From positions 1-33,630 of the forward strand of contig MU271666.1 in the NCBI GenBank assembly GCA_021432655.1: a stretch of DNA of 33,630 nucleotides, read 5' to 3'. The position numbers and the translations under genes are program-made. Of the stretch, positions 1 through 11,055 are shown one piece after another. The notes beneath the pieces were generated by a model. It saw only the letters and a program-made list of their open reading frames with translations, was not told the origin of the DNA and made no database searches. The stretch is from Atractiella rhizophila. Lineage: Eukaryota. How positions within the stretch are numbered: the first letter of the stretch is position 1; the number at the start of each line of letters is the position of its first letter.

Positions 1-3000
1 GTGCACCAGGAAAGACATGATCTCTAGGCTTGGATACACAGACTGCGAAGAAGTGGAGGGGATTGAGCGTGTCAAGCTTCCAATTGTGGACGGGAGCGAG
101 GAGGGGAAGAAGAGGAGGAGGGATCTGGTGAGGACTTGGGCGGAGGTTGGCGCTAGATTGTATTCTCTCAAGGAGGACCACAGTAAGTCTTAGTTACACA
201 GACGGTGAGCTCTTGTTGATATGTGCGCGCAGAGGAGGAGATCATTGTCCCAGAGAATAAATTCATCCCTCTACATGTCTTTCAGGCTGTCGAGACCTTG
301 AAGAGAGTTTTTGGGCCTATTGGTGAATCAATTTCCACTTGACGCAAGGTGGATACTAAAGATGTCGACAGCGCAACCAGTCAATCTGGCTATCAATGCC
401 CCCGCCTTCTCGAAGTACTACGAGGTCTTAGGCATTCGAGAGATCTCTACAGAGTACGTACCTCCTCTTAAACTATCTAGACGGTCTAAAAAGGAATAAT
501 CTGTATAGTCAGCTCATTGAATTCGCTTACCGACGCCAACGAGCTTCGAATCGACGCAATCACGCCTATTACCTTGAAGGCAGGTGTTCCTCGTACTATT
601 ATCTCGCCATTCGTGTCCAGTTCTAACGGGGGGATGCATTAGCTCTCTCCCGAATTGGAGATGTACGTGGTTCCGAATATCTGAAGGGGATAGTGGTACA
701 AGAACGCTCCTGCGGTCTCTACACAACATCTGACATCGAAAAGGCTTTTCTCGACCTGACATGTCCTCCAGACGCATCAGAAGACATGATCAGCAAGAAG
801 TTCAATGATCGATGGCATGACAATACTGATCCTGCCATACGACACGATCTTCTTGAAGCCCTCAATATTATTGCAACGGAGAGGGAAAGTGACTTGCTCA
901 AGAGTACTCGGGCGAGTTGTAAAGAGGGACCGCGAGAGCCGGCTATGGATATTGAGAAAGCGAGGCTTGTGTTGGGGCATATGGATGATATGGATGACGA
1001 GATGCTGCTCGCGCTTTACGACATTCGGGTGAGTTTCCCTCCTTCGTTTATGTTCGTAGTAGTGGATGCTAAGTCATGCATCAGATTATGGACTCTCCTG
1101 GTTTGAAGGACCAGATGAAAACTGCACTGGAAGTCATTGCCAAGCAGAGGAATAGTGAGGCGTTGCTAGAGTTCGTGAAGACTGGGCAGAAACGTGCGCC
1201 GTTACTTCCAAGAATGGCTCATTAGATTCTGACTGCAGGGGTAGCTTCTCCTGGAGCTTTTGCAGCCGCAAAGGCCGCCCGTCCAGACTTTCCGGTGGGA
1301 CTGGAGAACATTGCCAACACATGCTACCTCAACTCATTGCTTCAGGTAAGCTCCTTGCGGTCTTGACAACTGAGGTAACCGATGAACGGGACTAGTATTT
1401 TTTCACGATCAAAGATCTCAGAGAGATCATTTTGCAGGCTGATCAGTTTGAGGAGGATGACACCTCGTCCAAGCTCAAACGCGTAGGAGGGCGGGAGGTG
1501 ACAAAACCAGAAATTGAACGATCCCGAAGATGTATGCTCTCTACGTTGTCTCACTTTCGGCTCATGAGGGAACAACAGTCATCATCTTGCTTCAGCATCT
1601 CTTCCTTACCTTACTCACCACCAAAGACGGCGCCGTTGTCCCCGAAATTGAGCTTGCAAAACTAGCACTCGTACCTGGCAAGGAAGAAGAACCTCATTCG
1701 AACCCGACAGAAAGTACCGAGGCAACGCTCGTAGACCATGCGGCACCAGCTCATCTGCCCAGTCCGACGACAAGCGTCCTAGGAAAGAGAGGGAGCGAAC
1801 ATTTGGACGAGCGGGAAGGGATGGAGGTGGAAGGGTTGACAGTGGCGAGTCCGAAGCGGCGAAGTGTGGATGAAGATTATGACATGGTAGAGGAGGAGGA
1901 GGAGGCAACTCCTGTCCGTCGTTTCGAACCGTCCAGGCAGACGGTTGCTGTCCCAGATGAAGATAAGACTATGATTGTTGATGAGTCTGTTGAAGCATCA
2001 GCATCATCGTCAGTACAGGATGGCACCCACGAAGACGTAGGGATGGAAATAGCTCCTCCGCCTCTGCCTCCTCGTCCAGAGAACCCTCCTACAGAATTCG
2101 GACCAGCTCTACCTCCGCCAGATCCCAAATCTCAGATGTCGCTTGAGCAACAAGTTGCGTCCTACATGTCTTTCGGTATGTGTCCTACTTGGGCTTCTGG
2201 AAGTGTGTTGAAGCTTTCGCACAGGTAAACAAAACGACGTGTCAGAATGCTTGGATAACATCATGTTCCAGATCGAATCTGCATTAGACTCTGAAAAGTT
2301 AGCGAAGACGAAGGTGGGAACTGAAAACCTTGTGAAGGAGTATGTTCGCTGGCTATTTGGCGTTCCAAGTTGATAATCACTTAGTCTCTTTTACGGCCGG
2401 ACCGTGCAAGAGCTTCGTTTCACAAATCCGACGAAGGACGAGGAACCTCGAATTAAGGAAGAAGAGTTCTTTCACCTTCTTGTCGATGTAGCAGAAGAGG
2501 GCAGGGATCTGTACGACGGTCTTGATGCCTCCTTTGATGAATCCGATGTCGAAATTGAAGGACGAACCGCCCAGCGTAGCGTCATGATCAAGGACTTACC
2601 ACCCATATTACACATTCAACTCCAGGTTTGTTCGCCTCCATTGAATCAGGTTGATGTTACTTAGAAAACGTTAGCGCGTACAATACGATCGGATTCTTAA
2701 GCGAACATACAAATCTAACGCTCATATGGCATACTCTCCTACGATTACGATGGACCGTTATTGTACTGTCGACCCCACCAACAACCAGGCTGTCGAACGC
2801 AAAGAGCGCACGCGAACTTTACGGAAAGAGCTCGATGAGCAACGAAGTCGTCTGACCCGTATCAAGCAAGGATCCAAAGTGCGCCAAAGCCAGTTCATAC
2901 TTGCTATCTACTAATGGGATGAGTAGAAGCCACCGATTACTGAGGTCATGAAGCTCGTTTACGAATCTCTTCCCAAGCGCAATAATCCCATCGAACTCGA

Positions 3001-3470
3001 ATGCATTCCGGATGTTTCTCGCTTTCTAGAGCACCTGATGCAGGAGAAAATCTATCTCGAAAACGAGATCCAATCCACGGAGAAGCGAATAAAAGAGTTA
3101 AAGGATGAGATTGATGAGGTGTGGAAGGGTTGTCATGAAGCGGACTACGAACTCGCCAGTGTCTTCATGCATCGAGGTCGGTCATCTGTTCAAAACCCTC
3201 AATAATCAGCTAAATGTGTCTCTAGGCGAGGCAAATTACGGTCATTATTTTCTTCTGCAACGGACATTTTCTCCAGATAGTGAATCATCAGAGCTGTCCT
3301 CCAGATGGCTCAAGTTGAACGATTCACAAGTGACAGAGATACCCCAAAAGGACGTCTTGGAGTTTCCGGAAGGAACAGGGAGTGCAAATGCTGCCAACCC
3401 TTACTTCTTGAGCTTCGTGAGGAAAGGAAAGGAGAACTATTTCGAAAAAATCCAGAGGCAAATGGACTGA
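1..3470 (+). CDS. UBP2: Ubiquitin carboxyl-terminal hydrolase (USP/peptidase C19, Ubp2-like); multi-exon, 5' end lies upstream of the window
   Basis: Cys box PVGLENIANTCYLNSLLQ (~1293-1345) followed by a GTAAG donor; KQNDVSECL (~2226-2253); LPPILHIQLQ|R; His box LASVFMHRG|EANYGHYF split by an intron; WLKLNDSQV; NPYFLSFVRK; stop at 3468-3470. Many ~50-nt introns (e.g. 183-232, 454-508). The long helical N-terminal region and a coiled-coil insertion before the His box resemble fungal Ubp2; orthology is inferred, not tested. Confidence 0.88.
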
Positions 3471-4207
3471 TGTTGGTTCCATTGTCAGGGAACACAAGGG
3501 TTATCTGCAGTGATGTTACCAAGTTGTCTTTGGTGTGGCGTTTGTTAGACGACTTACTACTACTGTAGTATTAGTGGCATTTCTCGTGCTCAGCAATTGT
3601 GTATAAGTGCAATAACTACTATTCTTGCAGCCTTGATGATTATGTTACAGCCCCCCCACGATGGTCCCTCAAAAGTATATGAAGAGAGGGTGAACTTTAA
3701 GACATCCGCGCGACTTATTGATTTGCTGTATTGTCTGGTTAAGAGACGACCTGGAAAGCTGAATTTAGCTAAGACTATTCTTTTGGCCAGATATTCAAAA
3801 ATTTATTCGTTCCTTGAATGTATTTGGGTCGACAAGAACGGACACCTCAACTGCCCTACCTATTTCTGCTGTCACAGTCCTCGCTTTCAGTGTGTGCAGG
3901 CTAGGTAGCGTGAGCATGTTACGAGAGCTTCCTGTCACTCTTTCTCAGAGGGTAATGGAACCGCCTATAGAAGGTGTCGAGCTAATCGAGCAGCAGAGCA
4001 CATTTGGAGGAAGGATCTTTGGGAAACGACTGGGCTCGTTCAAAGTGTTCAGTGAGGTCGCAAAGCGACGGACTTTGCAAAAAAGACTTCGTCAAGACAA
4101 CAAAATCAGAGGGGAGGTTAGTGAAATAGGATATCAAAACATGGAATGTGAAATGTGAGAGAAGATCCGACAGGAAAGTGACTGTGATCGATGATAAGAG
4201 GTGGGAC

Positions 4208-4212
4208 AAAAA
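4208..4212 (-). terminator. Putative RNA polymerase III terminator (T5) of the tRNA
   Basis: First TTTTT run on the tRNA strand, ~30 nt downstream of the discriminator base. Confidence 0.6.
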
Positions 4213-4241
4213 GTTGATCAGGTGAAGTCCTTTCACTCTTC

Positions 4242-4320
4242 TGACAAGAGTGGGATTCGAACCCACGAACCGAAGATGAGAACTTGAGTCCCACGCCTTT
4301 GACCGCTTGGCTATCTTGCC
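4242..4320 (-). tRNA. tRNA-Leu-CAA: tRNA-Leu(CAA), intronless, 79 nt
   Basis: The reverse complement folds as a cloverleaf: acceptor GGCAAGA/TCTTGTC plus discriminator A; D-arm GCC-AAGCGGTCAAA-GGC; anticodon arm TGGGA-CTCAAGT-TCTCA; variable region TCTTCGGTTC; T-arm GTGGG-TTCGAAT-CCCAC. Confidence 0.95.
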
Positions 4321-4576
4321 ACCTGACAATGGATAACCTGCGCCGCCTTATTTATTCATTCAGGAAGAAACTTTTGGAAGATCAGCTGAGAAAAAATTAA
4401 TGTCCTAGTTTTCGTGTCAAAGTGGCGAAAAAAAGGCCAAGGGCGACAACGACTCTCAGGTGTGCGACTTCTCTGCTGGGCATGTTGCAACGGCGTTCGA
4501 TCAGGTCTGTTCACGTTGTCACAGCTCACGAAAAAGGTGTGAGGTCTTGCCTTTGGGATATTTGTGAGAGCTTTCA

Positions 4577-5292
4577 ATGTTGGTCGTAATGTCGACTACA
4601 TTCCATCCCAAACGCATCGGCGATAGAAAAAAGTGTCCGTCGGCTTTTGCCGATAGCAGCTACGAAAGCATTTCCGACGCTGACGAGGATTCTCCCACAC
4701 ATTCGATGTTGAGCGCCGCTCAGTTGTACTCTGAAGCGCTCAGCATGGATTTCGCTCAAGCCATGCTCTGTGACGCCAGGTTGAATGCTCAAGCGGCGTC
4801 GGACGCTCTCAAGGCCGCTGAGTTGCAAATGAAGTTGTATAAAAGGAGGCAGGATGATCGTGCTGCGGAGGATGGGGCCAGCAAGGATTCTGTGCTGGAA
4901 GGTGTGATAGCCGATGTGACTGGTAGGTAAGTTTATCCGTTTTTCGGCGATCTGTCTGACTATCTAGATGTCGTTTTAGGCATCATAGGGCACCTAACCC
5001 GTCGCCAGTTGCAAAAATTCGTCGCATCGGCGAAATCGAGTTCCGACTTGGTGACTTAAAACCTTCGTTGGCCCAAGAGGCCTATGACAATTCCAATTAT
5101 GATGCGTATTCCGTTTCTTTTCGAGTAGTAGTGATAGCGAGGGCTCTGTCCGGAGTGGTGATTTTGAACTCTGAAATGTATGTTTTGCGTCTCTGTATTA
5201 GTGGCGAATTGCCAGGCGGCGACAAGCGGAAATCGTGTCATGGTGAGATAAAGGGTTGTGGTGAGTGGGGAGAACATTGGCAAAGTGGCTGA
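4577..5292 (+). CDS. Hypothetical protein, probably two or more exons
   Basis: ORF 4577-4930 has a GTAAGT donor at 4927, a CTGAC branch point and a TAG acceptor at 4967. Splicing 4927-4967 joins it in frame to the ORF ending at 5292. No recognisable domain. Confidence 0.4.
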
Positions 5293-5305
5293 TGCCGGAC
5301 TCACA

Positions 5306-5316
5306 CTCCCCTGTCT
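5306..5316 (-). other. Putative polypurine tract (AGACAGGGGAG) of the gypsy element
   Basis: Purine-rich run immediately followed by TGTGAG on the element strand, at the far end of the reconstructed 3' UTR. A complete 3' LTR does not follow. Confidence 0.55.
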
Positions 5317-6291
5317 AGGGGAGGACCCTCAGGCGTTCCTCCCACTAGCTACCCAAGCTTATTTTGGAGCTCGCAACCAAATAGGCCTGGGCCACGCGCT
5401 CATGGACACAACGCGCAGTATAACGTGTCGGCAGTTTGCGTGCTCATTGCCGGTCTGTCTTCTTTGTGGGATAATGTGTTGTCGAGTGAACAAAGATGGG
5501 TAAACAAAAAGGTAAAAAGCAAACATAGGACACCATAAACATCAAAACTAAAACAGAGTGTGAGATGAGGGGGGTCATTGTGCACTTCGCAATTGAGGGA
5601 TTTTGAAATTTGACCAACAAACCGGTCGCAGATCTGTCCGTTGAGCGCCTCGCTTAGACCTATGTTCAACAATGTGTCTATGGAGTCACCTAGCGAGACG
5701 TGCAGAGGAGTAGATCCTCTTAAAGTGAGGGGGAGGGGACCTCGCGATTGAGGGCAATTTTCATAAATGCGACATTGGTGATGGTGTGAGAACGCAATGA
5801 GCATTCGTCTTTGACGGGTGACGAATGGACTCACCAACGACCCAGTCGCTGACTCGCCCGTTGAGAAGCAAGTCGGTGCCTTGTCTTTGTCAGGCTTGCC
5901 CCTACGCATTACCGAAATGCACCATTTGAAGTCACGTGACCTACTTTAATACATCGTAGGATCACGTGCCTACCCGTCGCCGCTTTGCTCACGATTCGCG
6001 CTGACCGCTGCCTTCCCCCATCTCACATGAATCCGCCGCTCAGCAAGCCTTACACATTTCGCCGTTCTGCACCGTCTCCATTATTGCCTTATTATCCTTT
6101 CTCACTTGTACTGCTCAGTATGTCTTATTTCCGAGTATGCCCTTTATTGCTTTCCTGATCTAGCTATCTTACATGTTTCAAGAAACGTATGTTACAGTTT
6201 ATGGTAGTGCCTTTACATATGTATATATACATCGAGATGTAATGGTGGTGACCTCAGAGTATTCTCTTAGGTTTACCTCCACTACAGGTTA

Positions 6292-6319
6292 CATCATGAA
6301 AAGCTTAAATGACTGATCA
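6292..6319 (+). repeat. Left terminal inverted repeat CATCATGAAAAGCTTAAATGACTGATCA
   Basis: Reverse complement of 12927-12954 with one mismatch. Confidence 0.93.
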
Positions 6320-6605
6320 GCATCTGATGGCTCCTGGTGCCTGACGACAACTGAGCCAGCGCTGACCAGGGCCTAGTGAGTTCTTCTCACTGACTGATAA
6401 CCATGATCAATCTGGTGAATCCTGACAAAGTACTGATCAGGAATTGGTCTGCACTGAACGGGTACTGATCATGAACTGGTCTGACGTGAACGTGTTTGCA
6501 AGATAAATGTAATTACAGTATATAGAATGCATTGAAAAACAGCAAAATGAAAGCTATCCATGTTCAAAAGCTAGATATTATGAAAGAGAGAGAAGTCAAG
6601 ACAGC

Positions 6606-9600
6606 TCAGGAGAGATTTTGAAACCGTAGGAATAGATCAGCCTCTGCAAGGTCATTAACATGATAAAACCCATTGTCGACCGGATCTGGTTGAATATAAC
6701 AGCTTCGAGCAATGTTTTCCGTCAGAATAAAGCTGAGTTGCTCTTGTCCTTGGAGAAGAGGCATGCCAGACAAGTAATGCCTTCCGACCATTTATACTCA
6801 CAAACTAATGCCAACTGGAACTCCTTATCTTGTATTCGACAAGAAAGTAGACGGATGACGTGTCCAAAAGAGACCGTGTTGTTGTGGTTGCGCACCATGA
6901 CGTCGTCATAACATGGTTTGCCGCTGGTCTGCCAGTTCGGATGAGAGCGAATGAGGTCTTCGTACTCTCTTTCGTCAACCCACGAATTAAATGAGCAGCG
7001 AAAGAGTGTATAATCCGTAATCTGAGAGCTATGAGTAAGCGATGCTAGTGCATAATCAATTGCGAGAATGGGAACGTACTGTGGACTCGTCAATCTGAGG
7101 TAGGTGCTCCTGGCGGACACGTATGGGGGTTGAAGGATTTGATGGCTCGTAGGAGGAAGAGTCGGAGGTCATTAACGAAGTCTTGTCGATTATTGAATTC
7201 GAGGGAAAGCTGGTGGAAGTAGGTATGAATGTGAAACCGTTTCGACAAGCCACAAAGACGGAAGTTGGGAGTACCGTTCTGAATCGGGGTTCGGCTACGG
7301 TCCTCTTTACCACAATTGAGCTGCAATGCATTGACAGCATCGATGCGCCGTTCAATCGTTTGAATCTGCATCATCTCGAACGCATGCTGTGCCATCTACG
7401 TTCGCCTAAGTTGAGCTTGAAGTTTGAACGGCGCACAAAACTCACCGATTCTCCAGTTTCGCCATCAACTGTACTGCGAATAGCTCGAGCAATTACATGC
7501 TCTTTGAGAGGATGATGAGCCCTCTCGCTGTGTGCTGTGGTTTGATGATCCAGCGTGCCGCCTTCGCTGATCATGTCAACAAAATGCTGTGGTAGATGAC
7601 TTTTCGGAAACTTGTCGGACATGCCGAAATGCTTGTGCAGCGTCTGCAGTGAAGCGTTGTGAGAGGATGCAATTACAAAACTGAGGCGTACCTTGAGGGC
7701 AGCTTCAAACCGCTGCAAATGATGATTTCGAAGTATTGAAATTCGATCATCATCTTGAACGTGCATTTTCACAAGGACTTCGAAAGCGGCCAACGCTCGC
7801 AATGCCGGAATCACCTCTTGCTCAATTTCTGCAGGAAGGAGACCAATCAACCCAACAATCAAGCACTGTACCCCAGCAGTCAGTTCGGTACTAAGTGGAG
7901 AGAACCAAAAGACCATTCACCTTCATTGCATCTTGAATTTCCATGCAAGTAAAGCTCTCAAGGTTAGTCAACCCTCGTTTCGGAACATGCCGCAAAGATC
8001 CATACGACGGCAAGGAAATCAAGCTGGAGTACGCGAGGATGTATTATAAATTTGCTCTGTAGAGAGTGGCAGAGACTCACTATGAATCTACCTGTTCTTT
8101 CTTTGCTGTTGAGAGGTTATCGAATAACTTTTGCATGACGTGATCTTTGTACAGTCCACCAAAGACAAGCAAAGAGTCCGCGGCAATGGATTCGTAGACG
8201 TCACTGCATTTCAAGCGTCGAAAAGCAGACTGCTGAGACCTGAGCATGAGCAATTCATTGCGATGGCGCGGTGGCATACCTTTTCAGGGCGCAAAGACGA
8301 CACGCTTGTCAATTCCTTAACCGCCACACCCGTGCCTTTCGTATCTTGGGTCCGTTGGTATTGCTGGAGCTGACGTTGTGCTTGCTCCAAGCTTCTCTTT
8401 GGAAATTGCTTCGTGAGCCAGTGAAGATATGCTTGTGGAACGAGACAAATTGGGCATTTAAACTCAGAATTGACACCGAGGAGGAGGAGGATGATATAGC
8501 TAGTGAATGATAGTGAGTCCCAACGAAGTAACAGTGGAAACGACTCACAGTTCTGCCAGATCCGCCTGCAGAAGGAACAGACGGGGGAAAATGAGTTTAT
8601 CAAACTCAGTTCCGACTCGAACCCGGAATCCGACTTGCTCGTATCGTCTTATTTGCTTCAAAACTAATCCTATCACCTTGTGATAAACAGAGCGTCGGTA
8701 TAGGCGAAATTTTTTGTTTTTCTTCTGCTGATCTGTAGCAGGAATCTGATCCCTCGTAAATGAATTTGACGAAATTGGGATTGGGAAAGTCAATGTACTT
8801 ACTTCGGACTGAAATCCGATGAGCTGGCACCCTCCTTTTCAATTTCCGCTCCATTCTCGCAAAGGAACATTCCCGAGCCACATATAGATAGGATGAACTG
8901 TTTTTTGTCCAAATTTCACGGCACTCGTCCCATCTGAGTACAGGATGATGGCACCGACGCATCCGTCATGGTTGGGCAATGAATCCTGGGTATTTACTAC
9001 CTCAGCGCCTTTCACTAATGTAGCAAGAATACACACCTGCAGTTTCCCACCATCGTTTGGTTGTCCACACCTCGTCGTACACCCTCACATCGCGCGAGGG
9101 TTGCTCATCAGTCCTTTTGAACTTCTTGACAGGGTAGAATTGCATGTGCTGCCGTGTACTGTCGTCTCGGATCACCTCCTTCATGATATCTATCGGATCC
9201 CGAATGTAGACATGATGCTGTATCCTTTGTCCTTCAAACTCAGCAGAAATAAGATGTGATCGAAACTGCTTAAACTGAGTCAGTATCAATCTTTCAAAAC
9301 TAAGAATCCACAAACCGCAACGGTCACACTCATCCGATCCTTCTTGAGAGTTTGTCGAAGCTCCTTGAAGGAATCAAGGGTAAAGTTTGGAAGGCCACAT
9401 TTCTTAAGGTTACGGAAGTGAGCAGTGATGTCACGCTGGGTCATCCCTTGGAAAAAGACATGGGAAGCCATTTCATAGTCTACTTCGCTCTTGAAAGGAT
9501 GATGGGCTGGAATGCTGCCATTGCAGCTTGCCACCGGAGACTTGGAGACAACACGAAAATGCGAGGAACTTGAAGAGGGGTACGAAGCGGCGAGGGAATC

Positions 9601-10185
9601 GGGATGTAAAACCTGGAAGTAGCGCCACCTAGATCTTGCTGCAACTCTGTATCTAGCTCCTCTTCATTGGCTGAAGAAAGATCAGGAGACTGTACTGGAG
9701 TTGGTAGGGGATCTGGCAGCACGAAATCAAGTGCGGGTGATGGAGGGTTCGATAATTGATAATGTTGTGGCTGATTAAAATGCACTCCGAAGTCTAACTC
9801 CCAATCATTCGGTTTTGTGTGAAGTGAACACACAGACTGACCCACCTTCAACTTGCTTGACATCAGAATGGATGTTCTCATCCACTTCTTCATCATTGCT
9901 CGATTCGGAGGTGTCAGAATCTTGTATATCCTTTGCTTCATCGTCAGTCAATGGAGCTTGAGACAGTAGGAATGAACTCACATCCTCAGCTGATCCTTCA
10001 ACTATCCCCCCGTCTATTCTTATAGATTTCCAGCCAGCTGACGGTACAGTAGCTTGATGCTTCAGAGATCGATGTTTTCTAAAACCACCTCTGGCGAACG
10101 AGATGTGTATAGCGCGATAACATGCGCCAGGAGCTGTCATTATTGCAAGAAAGAGTAGCAAGAGCAGAGGAGGATCAGCAGACAT
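6606..10185 (-). CDS. Plavaka-like DDE transposase, multi-exon, probably damaged; 5' end uncertain
   Basis: Successive minus-strand ORFs give YIRDPIDIMKEVI, VYDEVWTTKRWW, GAIILYSDGT (first catalytic D), HPIYMWLGNVP, FLLQADLAE, CPICLVP, DSLLVFGGLYKDH and FPKSHLPQHFVDMISEGGTLDHQTTAHSERAH (catalytic E). The order and motifs are typical of Plavaka transposases. There is an apparent frameshift near 7125. Confidence 0.82.
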
Positions 10186-11055
10186 GGGAGGAAGAGCGTG
10201 CCCAGCTACGAGAAGAGCTGGAAGCCATGAAAGAACAGCTGCATGCAGACGAACCCCCTGCCAAGAGACGACGCTCGACTCGTGTTGTTCCTACAGCACC
10301 TTCAAAACTCGCCAAACTCCAAGCCTATCGAGCTGGAAAGGCAGCGGTGCTGCTCTATCAAGCGTGGCCAATGGTGGTCGACAGCGTCTTTGCCAAGAGG
10401 TCAGAGACTCCTGAACATCCTGACGATGCAGAGTGTGAAGTGGTATCTGACGATGAAGAGGTAGAGGAAGAAGGAGATGAGCAAGATCGAAAAGAGAAGC
10501 AACAGAGGAACCACGAATGCGAAGTCCGCCACACCTATCGGAGGTCTAACTTCTTCAAGTTCATTTTTGGGCGTCTCCCACCCGAAGCTGTTGAATGGCA
10601 CAACAGCGCATGGTTTCAACGCGAAGTATTGTCTTTCCGCAGATCTGACATTACATCGTAATTGAAAGGAACAGGTGCTACGAGGTCTCGCTGAACAGAA
10701 GAGCGACAACGCCCATCGAATGTGAAACAACCTTGTCGACATCTTTGATGTCAAATCCTCAACTTCAGCAGATCTGAAGTCTCCCAAGGCAAGACAATAA
10801 AATGACAAAATTCAACAGCACACTCTGAAGGAGCAACATGAAAATAAGTTTAGGGAGTTGATGTCTTTGTGGAATAAAGAGGTCTTTCCTCGGGACGATG
10901 ATGAAACAGATAGTTCTCGCGTAGCCCATGGCCATGGCACAAGTGATGCAGATATTTTGGAAGGTTTGATGTCGATGTTCATAATGAAGATAATGAAGAA
11001 GGAGAAGAGATGGAGGATGTGTAGAAATGCTCCACACGAACACAAATTGATGTAG
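10122..11055 (+). pseudogene. Second (accessory/cargo) gene of the DNA transposon: coiled-coil N-terminus, basic NLS-like patch, acidic tracts; two in-frame stops
   Basis: ORF 10122-10626 (QELSLLQERVARAEEDQQTWEEERAQLREELEAMKEQL; PPAKRRR), intron ~10627-10675, then VLRGLAEQKSDNAHRM*NNLVDIF...RQ*NDK...WNKEVFPRDDDETD to 11055. Confidence 0.6.

Noticed and set aside
3982..4329. 115-aa minus-strand ORF overlapping the tRNA
   Set aside because: Its start is simply the translated tRNA sequence; there is no protein-like signal.
4242..5305. tRNA-targeted integration of the gypsy element
   Set aside because: The element end is ~1 kb from the tRNA, with a probable gene in between; Ty3-style targeting places elements within a few bases of the Pol III start.
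6300..6490. CRISPR-like repeat array
   Set aside because: Eukaryotic context, irregular spacing and only two long repeats; explained as transposon subterminal repeats.
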